Assembly: GCA_017412115.1 (NCBI GenBank)
Contig: JAFPYR010000098.1
Span: 101,171-165,170 of the forward strand
Direction of reading: 5' to 3'
From: Bacteroidales bacterium
GTDB taxonomy: Bacteria > Bacteroidota > Bacteroidia > Bacteroidales > UBA3824
DNA: 64,000 nt
Below, in pieces: positions 17,752 to 27,026 of the stretch (positions are counted from its first letter, which is position 1; every line of letters starts with the position of its first letter). A program made the position numbers and the translations under genes. The notes below the pieces were generated by a model that worked only from the letters and a program-made list of their open reading frames with translations, was not told where the DNA came from and did no database searches.

Positions 17752-18678
17752 ATGAAAAAAATTGCATTATTAATAACGGCTTTAGTGATTATGAATCTTA
17801 GTGCGTGGGCACAAAGAGATACATATTACAACGACGATGAATACGACGGATACGACAATTCCGAGGTCTACAATATCGAAGACGAAGTTTATGACAGCTA
17901 CGAGGTCAGAATCAAAAGATTTCACCGCCCGAGAGTCAGGACTACAGTCTATTTTGACGGACTTTTTACGATTGCCGCAGCATCTGCTATCATAACGGTT
18001 GCCGCAATTCCTGAATATTGGCATCCGCTGTATTATTCGTGGTACAGACCCGTAGTTTATGACCGTTGGCATTACAACTGCGTTCGTCATCATTACTACA
18101 CTTATTCGTACCGTCCGGGTTATTACAGCTGGCACAGTCCGTATTATCATACGTACACGCATTATTACAACCCGTACCGTTACAGAACGTATCATCACAC
18201 CCCTTATTATTATCACAACCCTTACAGACCGTATTACGGCTATAACAGATTCCGTTACGATAGGGACAGATATTATTACAATAGGGACAAATACCGCTAT
18301 GATGATCATCATTATAATCATGGAAATCATTATGACAACAGAAGTCATAATAATGGCAACAATTACAGCAACAGAGGTAATTCTTCACACGGAACAAGCG
18401 GTTATCACTCGTCTTCAAACAACCGTAGCAACAGTAATTATTCAAACAGCCGCAGCAACAGTAGTAATTACTCAAACAGCCGCAATTCGGGACATAATAA
18501 TTCATCGAATTATTCAAACCGCAGCAGTTCCTCTCACGGAAATTCCTCAAGCCACGGCAATTACAATAGTTCAAGCCGGAGTTCTTCTTCGGGTTCAAGC
18601 TCTAAAAGTTCAGGCAGCAATTCCCGTTCGTCAGGAAAATCCTCAACTTCAGGAAGCTCATTCAATTCGCACAGATAG
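17752..18678 (+). CDS. Secreted low-complexity protein: acidic/Tyr head, one hydrophobic segment, Tyr/His/Arg/Pro-rich middle, Ser/Asn-rich tail
   Basis: Signal peptide MKKIALLITALVIMNLSAWAQ. The sequence includes YYHTYTHYYNPYRYRTYHHTPYYYHNPYRPYYGYNRFRY and ...SNSNYSNSRSNSSNYSNSRNSGHNNSSNYSNRSSSSHGNSSSHG. This is the only frame with a signal peptide. Confidence 0.65.
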   Translation: MKKIALLITALVIMNLSAWAQRDTYYNDDEYDGYDNSEVYNIEDEVYDSYEVRIKRFHRPRVRTTVYFDGLFTIAAASAIITVAAIPEYWHPLYYSWYRPVVYDRWHYNCVRHHYYTYSYRPGYYSWHSPYYHTYTHYYNPYRYRTYHHTPYYYHNPYRPYYGYNRFRYDRDRYYYNRDKYRYDDHHYNHGNHYDNRSHNNGNNYSNRGNSSHGTSGYHSSSNNRSNSNYSNSRSNSSNYSNSRNSGHNNSSNYSNRSSSSHGNSSSHGNYNSSSRSSSSGSSSKSSGSNSRSSGKSSTSGSSFNSHR

Positions 18679-18704
18679 TTTTTTTTTCAGTTATAATTTT
18701 TGCA

Positions 18705-19391
18705 ATGTTAAAAAGAAGTTTAGTCTTTAGTGCGCTGATTTACTTATCATTAAGTCTTTCAGCGCAAACTAAACCAAGAATTTCAATTCTTGGGGATTCG
18801 TATTCAACATTTGAGGATTACATTCCCCAAGGAAATGAAACTTGGTATTTTCAAAAGCTTGACACCAACCGCACCGATGTAAACGATGTTCGGCAAACTT
18901 GGTGGTGGCAACTCATTAAAAACGGAGGATTCCTTTTAGAAAAAAATGAATCGTACAGCGGTGCAACAATCTCTTACACCGGCTACAACGATGAAGATTA
19001 TTCTCCAAGATCGTTCATAACACGCCTTCCAAGGCTCGGAAGTCCCGATATTTTACTAATTTTCGGTAGCACAAACGACAGCTGGGCAGGCGTTAAAACA
19101 GGAGATTATTGTTATGAAAATTTTACACGGGGCGATCTTTATTTTTACCGTCCCGCCCTTGCAAAACTTCTAAACGATGCCCTTTGTCGCTATCCCAATG
19201 TTAAAATTTATTTCATCATTAACAGCGAGTTACGCAAAGACATCGTAGAATCAACTGAAACAATTTGCAAGCATTACGGTGTAAAATACATTCAACTCAA
19301 AAACATCGACAAACATTGGGGACACCCAACAATCAAAGGTATGAAAGCAATTTCAGACCAAGTTTCAGAGATTTTAAAGAAAGATTTGTAA
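18705..19391 (+). CDS. SGNH/GDSL-family hydrolase (esterase/lipase-like)
   Basis: Signal peptide, block I ISILGDSYS, GSTNDSW, and a C-terminal DKHWGHP (DxxH-like). Confidence 0.75.
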   Translation: MLKRSLVFSALIYLSLSLSAQTKPRISILGDSYSTFEDYIPQGNETWYFQKLDTNRTDVNDVRQTWWWQLIKNGGFLLEKNESYSGATISYTGYNDEDYSPRSFITRLPRLGSPDILLIFGSTNDSWAGVKTGDYCYENFTRGDLYFYRPALAKLLNDALCRYPNVKIYFIINSELRKDIVESTETICKHYGVKYIQLKNIDKHWGHPTIKGMKAISDQVSEILKKDL

Positions 19392-19397
19392 AATACA

Positions 19398-21533
19398 CTA
19401 CTTCGGATATTCTATCCTTGCGTGATAGATATTCCGAAGTTTTTCTTTAAACAATTCCTTAACCGTATCTATATCCTTGAAAGTCAAGTTCGTATTATCA
19501 AACTGTTTGTTCGCAATCTGATTATTAACGATATTTTCAACAAGATTTCCGATGGTTTCGGTGTCGTATTTTTTCAGACTTCGCGAGGCCGCCTCAATGG
19601 AATCCGCCATCATAACAACCGCATTTTCCTTGTTGATAGGACGAGGTCCGGGATATGTAAATTTTTCATCGACTTTCTCGTCAGGATGTTCTTTTGTGTA
19701 CATTATATAAAAATATCCCGCTTTTGAAGTGCCGTGATGCGTTTTTATAAAATCAACAATCTGTGTCGGCAATTGATATTCTTTGGCAATTTTAACACCG
19801 TTAATCACGTGATTGATAATAATTTCAGCACTTTTTAGGTAATCGAGTTTGTCATGAGGATTAACACCCGTTATTTGATTCTCGGTAAAATACAGCGGTG
19901 AAGATAATTTTCCGATGTCGTGATAAAGCGCACCCGTGCGGGCAAGATGCGGATTGCCGCCGATTTTAAAAATCGCTGCCTCCGCCAAATTAGCAACCTG
20001 CATACAATGCTGAAACGTACCCGGAGCCTCTTCCGCCAAACGCCTTAAAAGCGGACGGTTACTATCGGCAAGCTCTATCAAAGTAACATCGCTCAAAAGT
20101 CCGAACGTCTTTTCAAAAACGTAAATAAGCGGATACGAAACCAAAAGCAAAATACTATTGACTGCCAAAAAAGCAATGTTTTTCCAATTGATTTCGTCAA
20201 TAATTCCCGTATGGAAAAGTTGATAACTGATATAAACCGTTGCGTAAATGCCGAAACAAATCACCGATGTTAAAAAAGTTTGACTTCTGCGATTCATCTT
20301 TTCGTAACTCATCAAAAGGAAATATCCGGCAATAAACTGCATTATAAAATACTCAAACGGATTGTCCATAATGATAGCCACCGCCACACAAGTCGTAATA
20401 TGCAAAAACATACCCGTCCTCGTATCAAAAAACGTTTTTATTATAATCGCAAAAAGCAAAAACGGTATAATCCAAGTATTTACCAAACCATATCTTATAT
20501 TAATACTGATTGATACAATTATAATCGTTATCAGTGATAAAATCAATGCTGAATATTTCGTCTGATAAAAAATCTCCTTTCTGAAAGTCCTTAAAAACAT
20601 ATAAATCAGCATAAAAATCATCACGTAAAAAAGAGCTTGACCGATAAAAATATTTCTATGCCCCGAATTGTTTCCGCTCTGCTCGTAATCCTTGCGCATA
20701 GATTCCAAAATCTGAAACTCCTCTTCCGTAACAACCTCACCTTTATAAATAATGCGCTGACCTTTTTGAACAAAACCGCGCGTTAAAGATACCGAATTGA
20801 GTTTTTCGGTTATAACTTTTTCCGTTGTTGCGGGGTCGTATTCAAGATTTGAGGTTATCCATTTTGTAGGACTCAAATTAGAAATCATGGAATTCATGTT
20901 TCTAAACTCTGACTCCGTCATTTTACCAGCGCCTAAGGTCAAAAAAGAACGGATTTCCCTATTTAGGTAAATATATGCCGTTTTCGTTGTAAAAATCTCA
21001 TTAACAGGTCGTTGCGTTGTAATTCCTTCACAAATAATACAGACGAATTTTTGATTTTCAGAATCTTGAGAATTAGCTAAATCCTGATCGTTTTCAAAAA
21101 CACCGTTGTTGTAAATTTGATTCAAAGAGGTGTAAATCAAGTGTTTTAGCTGATGAAAAATATCTCCGCCGTTTTGCGTTACCGGCAAAGTATCGTGATG
21201 CGAAGAAAATCCGGCATAAAGCGCACTGAAATCATTCAAAAAAATATTCAAATTCTTCAGTTGAACTTCAATATTCTTGTTAAAATATTTTTTTGCGTTT
21301 TTTTGAATTTCATTTTTCTCGTTTTCTAATTCCTGATTGCTTTTATAAATCGAAAAATCAAAAGGTGCAATCAAATTTTCATGTTTCCAAGGACTGCCTT
21401 TCTGATACTCGTATTTGAATTTGCTATCTTTAGGAATAGCGTATAATACTATCATACAAGCAATTACATACAATAAGGCACGAAACGCACCCGCCCAAGA
21501 AAATCGGTTAGATTTATTTTGAATAAATTTCAT
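19398..21533 (-). CDS. 7TM receptor with HD/HDIG phosphohydrolase domain (PgpH-like)
   Basis: A large extracellular N-domain, about 7 TM helices, then HCMQVANLAE and LYHDIGK. ATG 21533 (MKFIQNK) is preferred over 21578 because a -7-like motif lies at 21554-21561. Confidence 0.85.
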   Translation of the reverse strand: MKFIQNKSNRFSWAGAFRALLYVIACMIVLYAIPKDSKFKYEYQKGSPWKHENLIAPFDFSIYKSNQELENEKNEIQKNAKKYFNKNIEVQLKNLNIFLNDFSALYAGFSSHHDTLPVTQNGGDIFHQLKHLIYTSLNQIYNNGVFENDQDLANSQDSENQKFVCIICEGITTQRPVNEIFTTKTAYIYLNREIRSFLTLGAGKMTESEFRNMNSMISNLSPTKWITSNLEYDPATTEKVITEKLNSVSLTRGFVQKGQRIIYKGEVVTEEEFQILESMRKDYEQSGNNSGHRNIFIGQALFYVMIFMLIYMFLRTFRKEIFYQTKYSALILSLITIIIVSISINIRYGLVNTWIIPFLLFAIIIKTFFDTRTGMFLHITTCVAVAIIMDNPFEYFIMQFIAGYFLLMSYEKMNRRSQTFLTSVICFGIYATVYISYQLFHTGIIDEINWKNIAFLAVNSILLLVSYPLIYVFEKTFGLLSDVTLIELADSNRPLLRRLAEEAPGTFQHCMQVANLAEAAIFKIGGNPHLARTGALYHDIGKLSSPLYFTENQITGVNPHDKLDYLKSAEIIINHVINGVKIAKEYQLPTQIVDFIKTHHGTSKAGYFYIMYTKEHPDEKVDEKFTYPGPRPINKENAVVMMADSIEAASRSLKKYDTETIGNLVENIVNNQIANKQFDNTNLTFKDIDTVKELFKEKLRNIYHARIEYPK
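19401..19444 (+). terminator. Hairpin plus T-run terminating the SGNH gene, embedded in the 3' coding end of the convergent gene
   Basis: cttcggatattctatc (19401-19416) pairs with gatagatattccgaag (19424-19439) as an interrupted stem, followed by ttttt. Confidence 0.45.
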
Positions 21534-21553
21534 CTTTCTTTTTTTTAAAAAAG

Positions 21554-21561
21554 CAAATATA
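21554..21561 (-). promoter_or_regulatory. Candidate -7 element (tatatttg on minus strand)
   Basis: It matches TAnnTTTG about 20 nt upstream of ATG 21533. Confidence 0.4.
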
Positions 21562-21643
21562 AAAAAATAATTTAACATTTTATATTGTTTTTTTAAAAAA
21601 AATATACAAACTTTGCGAACAAAGAATTTTTAATCGAACAATT

Positions 21644-23287
21644 ATGAAAAAACGACAGTTACAAACATCAGTTTTATTCCTACTCCTTTTTATGACGGCA
21701 ACAAGTTCCGTTAAGGCGCAAGAAGTCAATATACTCGGTGAAGATGAAGAAAATTGGCAACTCAAAAAAAATGGAACAAAAACTACACTCGAATACAAGG
21801 GCGACAAACGCGTGAAAAGTGTAACCGTTCTGCCAGAATTTGTTGATTTGGGAATTGACGGCATTTGGTGGACAACCAAAAACGTCGGTGCAAAAACGCC
21901 GTGGGCATACGGCAGTTATTTTGCATGGGGCGAAATCGAAACAAAAACTTCATACTCTTGGGATACTTATTTATACGATAAAAATGACGCCGCAGTTTCG
22001 GCTTACGATGCCGCTCGTTATGCCTCAGGCGGAAAATACGAAACTCCATCCCAATCCGATTTTCAAAAACTATACAACGAATGTTATTGGGTGTGGACGG
22101 ATGATTATTTCGGTAAAGGCGTTGAAGGTTATATCGTATACAAATCGCACGACAAGTCAAAGGACAAACAGCTGACAAACAACAGCGGCGATACTTACTC
22201 TTTAATACAGGATACTCATATTTTTCTTCCGGCAGCCGGTTATTATTACAACGACGTGTTATTTGAAGAAAAAACTATCGGTTGGTATTGGACGAACACA
22301 CTCACAGCCGAACAGTCTGACAGAGCATACAATCTGAAAACCACAAATCCTGACTCTGACGATTCTTATCTTTACAACGGATTTCCGGTCAGAGGCGTTT
22401 TGAAAAGTATTTCTCTCAGCCACTCTACAGCCTTAATTTACGTCAATTCCATAAAACGACTTCACGCTAACACCTATCCCGAAGGACAAAGCATAACTTG
22501 GAGCACAAGCGATGCAGAAACAGTTTCTGTTAATACAGACGGCATTATTACCGGCGTTAAAGAAGGAACAGCAACTATCACGGCAACCTTAGCCGACGGT
22601 CATAACGTTACTTGTGAAGTTACGGTTGAAAACGGTCTGCTCCCCGGCATATTCAGTGTATCTGAAAACAAAAAAGTACAATTCACCAAAGGTAATTTGC
22701 AATACAATCATACCAAAGACGATTGGCGGTTTGCAAAAAAGCAGTCCGAGATGTGCCATAAATGGGATGATATAGTCGGAGATTATTACTCAAAATGGAT
22801 AAACAAATGGACAGACTTTTTTGGTTGGGGAACGTGGCTTGAAGGCGGCGAGCCGACTAACATAAATCAAGTCAGCTCTCAATACACTTGGGACGATTCC
22901 AAAAATTCTGTCATCGGTCCCGGGTGGCTGACTCTGAGTCAGGAAGAATGGGATTATCTGATTAACAAACGCACAAATGCTACAAATCTACGGGCATGGA
23001 AAGACGGAGGAATGGTCTTTTTGCCAGACAATAGTACAAATAGTTTCAACGAAGATTTGTCAGTATTGGAAGAAGCCGGTGCTGTGTATTTACCCGCCTC
23101 CGGTCGCCGTCCGGGTGATAACGGCGAAGTACGTGCAATCGGTAACGGCTACTACTGGTCTTCAACAGCCGTTGATGCTAATAATGCCTACGCCTTTTGG
23201 TCGGAATCCAGACCATTCATAGATCCAAAAAATAAAAGAGACCGCTTTCAAGGACATTGTGTCCGCTTAGTGCGCGTTAAACAATAA
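21644..23287 (+). CDS. Secreted protein with two Fibrobacter-succinogenes-major-paralogous (FISUMP)-like domains and a Big_2 Ig-like domain
   Basis: Signal peptide ...SSVKAQ. FISUMP-like segments are WWTTKNVGA...YFAWGE, IFLPAAGYY...GWYWTNT, YLPASGRR...GYYWSST and GHCVRLVR. The Big_2-like segment is TWSTSDAETVSVNTDGIITGVKEGTATITA. Confidence 0.65.
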   Translation: MKKRQLQTSVLFLLLFMTATSSVKAQEVNILGEDEENWQLKKNGTKTTLEYKGDKRVKSVTVLPEFVDLGIDGIWWTTKNVGAKTPWAYGSYFAWGEIETKTSYSWDTYLYDKNDAAVSAYDAARYASGGKYETPSQSDFQKLYNECYWVWTDDYFGKGVEGYIVYKSHDKSKDKQLTNNSGDTYSLIQDTHIFLPAAGYYYNDVLFEEKTIGWYWTNTLTAEQSDRAYNLKTTNPDSDDSYLYNGFPVRGVLKSISLSHSTALIYVNSIKRLHANTYPEGQSITWSTSDAETVSVNTDGIITGVKEGTATITATLADGHNVTCEVTVENGLLPGIFSVSENKKVQFTKGNLQYNHTKDDWRFAKKQSEMCHKWDDIVGDYYSKWINKWTDFFGWGTWLEGGEPTNINQVSSQYTWDDSKNSVIGPGWLTLSQEEWDYLINKRTNATNLRAWKDGGMVFLPDNSTNSFNEDLSVLEEAGAVYLPASGRRPGDNGEVRAIGNGYYWSSTAVDANNAYAFWSESRPFIDPKNKRDRFQGHCVRLVRVKQ

Positions 23288-23325
23288 TACAAAATAAAAC
23301 AAATAATGTAAAAAAATTATAGAAT

Positions 23326-26166
23326 ATGAATAAAATACTTAAACTTTTTTTCATAATATTTATCTTAATGCTTTGTTTCTTAAAGGTTAATGCTCAAACC
23401 TCAGATGCACAAGAGATTTCGATAAAACAAGATGCCCAAACGCGGGAATGGATTGTCGAAAATTCAGGAGCATCCGATGCTATCGTTATTGTTGATTATT
23501 ATGACGAGGTAACAATTCCCGAAAAATTATATCTTTATACGGGAGAAGAAATCACCCCCTCGCCCGTAAAAGCAGATGGCGAAGACCTTGAGGAAACTGA
23601 ATATTCTTACAAAGATAATATAGAAATCGGAGAAGCCGCAGTAAAAGTACTCAACAACGGCGGTGGTACTTTCGATATTAATTTCAGCATCGTTGAAGGT
23701 CTTTTCGAGGCTGAATACGGTGCAGAAAGCTCAAAAACAACAAAAAAATTCGCAACTCTTACAGATGCTCTTGACGAAGAAAATTACATTAATGAAACCG
23801 GTAGTTATCCAAATGAAGTAACACTGACACAAAAAGGCTCTTACACTGCCGATGACGAATGTGAAATTTCAGGAGATAATATTAATTACTTTGAAATTAC
23901 GCTTGGAAATACTGACGGCAGTGCAAAATTAGACATAAAAAACACAACCGTTATAATTAGCGGTGATAATGAAAAAACAGACTTAACCGCCGATTTTAAA
24001 ATAAAAGAAAACGGTAATTTAACCATTAAGGGCGGAAATTATACTACCGATGAAAATTATTGCATTAAAAACGACGGAGGAAAACTAACCGTTTCTGACG
24101 GCAGTTTTTCAGGCATGACGGCTGCTATTTATAACACACAAAGCGACAATATTTTAACAGATGGTAATGCGTTTTACGATGAAAACGGGAACATGATGTA
24201 TTACAAAAAAGACGGAGTAATAATTTTTGAAAAATTTTCAGAAGGAATACTTGTGGATAATGACGCAAAAGCGTTAAAAAAAGTTTTCATAAAGAAAATA
24301 AGTCCCATTGTAGAACCAAATCCGGTAATAGCAGGAAAAAATGCAAACATAAAATTAGAGATTCTATACGCCGGAAATGAAACTTTTACTTTTGAAAATC
24401 AAGAAGGAATTTTCGTTAATTATAAAAGCGGACAATATTACTTAACAACTTCAAGTAACGTTTCTGAACAAAGTTGCACCATAAAAGCAACAAATGCCGC
24501 CACAAAATTTAGGGTTAATGTTATTGACCCGTTTGAAGATTTCTATGATTCCGAAGATTGGAGCAACAAGGACGTTGTATTGACTTACCCCACAAATACT
24601 TACAATTGGGAACTAAACACGCCCGATTTTTCGGACGGCACCATTACAGACGAGGGTGAAAACGAAGTAAAATGTCAAATCCTCGACCAAGAGAAAAACA
24701 TAATTGCACAAACCGACATTTTGGTTAAAATCGACAAAACTCCGCCGGAAGTTTCAGCTAAAGTCAAAAACACTGAAAAATCTTACGATATTCCCTTTGA
24801 AGATTACTTAGCCGGAAATTACTTTTTACGTTCGGGATATAACGCTATTGTAGAATCTTCTGACAAATTAAGCGGTGTTTCAGAAATTGAATATTCCTTC
24901 GACAAAACGAATTTTATCAACTACGACGACACCCCGATTGAACTTCCAAACGGCAGAAATATGCTTTTTTTAAGAGCAAAAGACTTAGCCGGAAACACTT
25001 CGGAAATTTATACGTCTGAATTTTCGGTTTTTCAAGACAGTAAATTTGCGGAAAATTTAGAAAACGAAATCACTTCTGACTCAATTTTTTACTCCTCTGA
25101 AAGTATCTCCGACATGAGTTTTAAAATTAATCTCAACGGTAATACTATCGGAATAATAACTGATACGGTAAACAACGTTTTGAATTTCCCCATAACGGAT
25201 AACAACGTTATAAATATTGGTAAAGAATATCTTGAAACGCTTACACCGGGAGATAACAAACTTTTGGTTCATATCAACCCGCTCGGATTAGCTGAGGCTT
25301 GGGATCAAAATCTTAATCCGGCTGACTTTGAATCTCAAATAATGACAATAAACCTTGACGTAGAATTTGTAGTTAAACCCTCAGGTAAATACAATTTTGT
25401 TTTGGAAACAGACACAGCCATCAAAGCGTTCTGTCAGAATGATAACGTTTTTATGACCTTTGAATTCGACAAAGCATATTCCATTGCCGATTATGTTTCG
25501 ATTGAAACCTTAGGCATTGACAAAGAAAATCCTCAAGACGGCATAAAATTTACTGTTCCGCAAGATGCACTTACCGGAGGTAACGAAAAACTCCCGATTA
25601 CGTTCTTTAAAAACGATTATGAATATCAAGACATAGTAATTTTTCCGGCAGATTATCCTTCCGATAGAAATATTCGCTTGTATGACGATGTTTTGGCTCT
25701 TGACAATTCTGATGATCAATTTGTCAGCGATGCTTACAAATGGTACATGGACGGCAAAGAAATTCAAGGCGAAAACAAACAATTCATTGATTTACTGCCG
25801 TATCTTAGCAACAAAGAAGAACACTTTTTTTACGCTTCAGTTCTCAATATTGAAGGCGACCGTTTCAGGGTTTGCCCCGATGATGATTTTATCATTACAC
25901 CAATTTCTAAGAAAAAGGCTGTAAAAATTAAAACATATCCTAATCCGGCTCAAAGCGGTCATGATTTTTATATCAGTCTTGAAAATTTCGCAAAAGAAAG
26001 TTTTTCGGAAACTGAAATTTTGATTTTCAACCAACTCGGCAGTTTAACAGAAAGAATTACCGAGGTTCAGAAAGAAAACTCCGTAGTTTTATCGAAAGGT
26101 TTTTACAGCGGAGTTGTGGTGTTAAGAGGTCAAAAAGTTTTGAATTTCAAAATTATAGTAGAATAA
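23326..26166 (+). CDS. Large secreted protein with T9SS (Por) C-terminal sorting domain
   Basis: Signal peptide. The C-terminal ~80 aa read KIKTYPNPAQSGHDFYISLE...ILIFNQLGS...GFYSGVVVLRGQKVLNFKIIVE, typical of the T9SS CTD. Confidence 0.75.
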   Translation: MNKILKLFFIIFILMLCFLKVNAQTSDAQEISIKQDAQTREWIVENSGASDAIVIVDYYDEVTIPEKLYLYTGEEITPSPVKADGEDLEETEYSYKDNIEIGEAAVKVLNNGGGTFDINFSIVEGLFEAEYGAESSKTTKKFATLTDALDEENYINETGSYPNEVTLTQKGSYTADDECEISGDNINYFEITLGNTDGSAKLDIKNTTVIISGDNEKTDLTADFKIKENGNLTIKGGNYTTDENYCIKNDGGKLTVSDGSFSGMTAAIYNTQSDNILTDGNAFYDENGNMMYYKKDGVIIFEKFSEGILVDNDAKALKKVFIKKISPIVEPNPVIAGKNANIKLEILYAGNETFTFENQEGIFVNYKSGQYYLTTSSNVSEQSCTIKATNAATKFRVNVIDPFEDFYDSEDWSNKDVVLTYPTNTYNWELNTPDFSDGTITDEGENEVKCQILDQEKNIIAQTDILVKIDKTPPEVSAKVKNTEKSYDIPFEDYLAGNYFLRSGYNAIVESSDKLSGVSEIEYSFDKTNFINYDDTPIELPNGRNMLFLRAKDLAGNTSEIYTSEFSVFQDSKFAENLENEITSDSIFYSSESISDMSFKINLNGNTIGIITDTVNNVLNFPITDNNVINIGKEYLETLTPGDNKLLVHINPLGLAEAWDQNLNPADFESQIMTINLDVEFVVKPSGKYNFVLETDTAIKAFCQNDNVFMTFEFDKAYSIADYVSIETLGIDKENPQDGIKFTVPQDALTGGNEKLPITFFKNDYEYQDIVIFPADYPSDRNIRLYDDVLALDNSDDQFVSDAYKWYMDGKEIQGENKQFIDLLPYLSNKEEHFFYASVLNIEGDRFRVCPDDDFIITPISKKKAVKIKTYPNPAQSGHDFYISLENFAKESFSETEILIFNQLGSLTERITEVQKENSVVLSKGFYSGVVVLRGQKVLNFKIIVE

Positions 26167-26202
26167 AAAAAGGATATTTTTGTTGGTTTTATAAAAAAGT
26201 TT

Positions 26203-26210
26203 TAATTTTG
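26203..26210 (+). promoter_or_regulatory. Candidate -7 element taattttg
   Basis: It matches TAnnTTTG 23 nt upstream of ATG 26233. Confidence 0.4.
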
Positions 26211-26232
26211 TGCCTCAAATTGATTAGAAAAA

Positions 26233-26991
26233 ATGATAAACTTTTTTAAACTTATCGGAAAATTCTTCGTATCGCTTTATATGTGGTACATTATGTTTAC
26301 CATGGCGTTTATAATATTGGTATCACACATTATAGCGTTATTTTTTATAAAACCGGAAAAAATATGCAGCAACGTAAAAAAAATGCTTCAGTTTATGTTC
26401 AAAATCCTTTTCATAAAAGTCGAAGTTGAAATGCCTGAAGATTTCAATTACAATCAGTCATATATCATAATGCCGAATCACATAAGCTTTTTCGACATTC
26501 CCGTTGTATGCTCTACGCTGCCAAATTATACGTTCGGAATAGAGGCTGAAAGTCATTTTTCATGGCCGATTTACGGATATTTTATCCGCAAATACGGAAC
26601 TTTACCCATCAACAGAAAAAATATTTTGAGTTCGTTCCGCACTTTTGAAAAAGCGGCACAAAACATGAAGGAAAAAAATGCGTCCCTTTTGGTTTTTCCC
26701 GAAGGACACCGCTCTGAAAACGGTAAAATTCAGCAACTCAAGAAGATACCGTTCAAAATGGCACAAATCGTAAAAGCTCCTATTCTGCCCGTGGGCTTAA
26801 CAGGTCTTTACGATTTGAGTCCTAAAGGCGGTTTTATCGTAACGCCTAACCGCGTGAAAGTAAAATACGGACGTCCGATTCCCGTTCAAGAGTACGAAAA
26901 TTTAAAACCTGAGGACATTGCTAAAATTGTCCGTCAAAGGATTATCGAACTCTCGGAAGACGACATCGTGCCGGATGAAGAAAAAAATTAA
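26233..26991 (+). CDS. plsC: 1-acyl-sn-glycerol-3-phosphate acyltransferase family protein
   Basis: N-terminal TM segment, the HX4D motif NHISFFD, and FPEGHRS. Confidence 0.8.
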   Translation: MINFFKLIGKFFVSLYMWYIMFTMAFIILVSHIIALFFIKPEKICSNVKKMLQFMFKILFIKVEVEMPEDFNYNQSYIIMPNHISFFDIPVVCSTLPNYTFGIEAESHFSWPIYGYFIRKYGTLPINRKNILSSFRTFEKAAQNMKEKNASLLVFPEGHRSENGKIQQLKKIPFKMAQIVKAPILPVGLTGLYDLSPKGGFIVTPNRVKVKYGRPIPVQEYENLKPEDIAKIVRQRIIELSEDDIVPDEEKN

Positions 26992-27026
26992 ATCAAACTT
27001 TTTTCGTTGTAATTTCAAAAAAAATT

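Noticed and set aside
17782-18730. Three long alternative-frame ORFs (17782..18348 -, 17990..18598 -, 18059..18730 +) across the low-complexity gene.
   Set aside because: They are artefacts of the repetitive codon composition, which leaves stop-poor frames. Only the 17752 frame has a signal peptide and a sensible start context.
21580-21879. 99-aa minus-strand ORF spanning the divergent promoter region and the start of the FISUMP gene.
   Set aside because: It overlaps the signal-peptide-encoding 5' end of a supported plus-strand gene and the intergenic promoter region. It shows no independent coding evidence.
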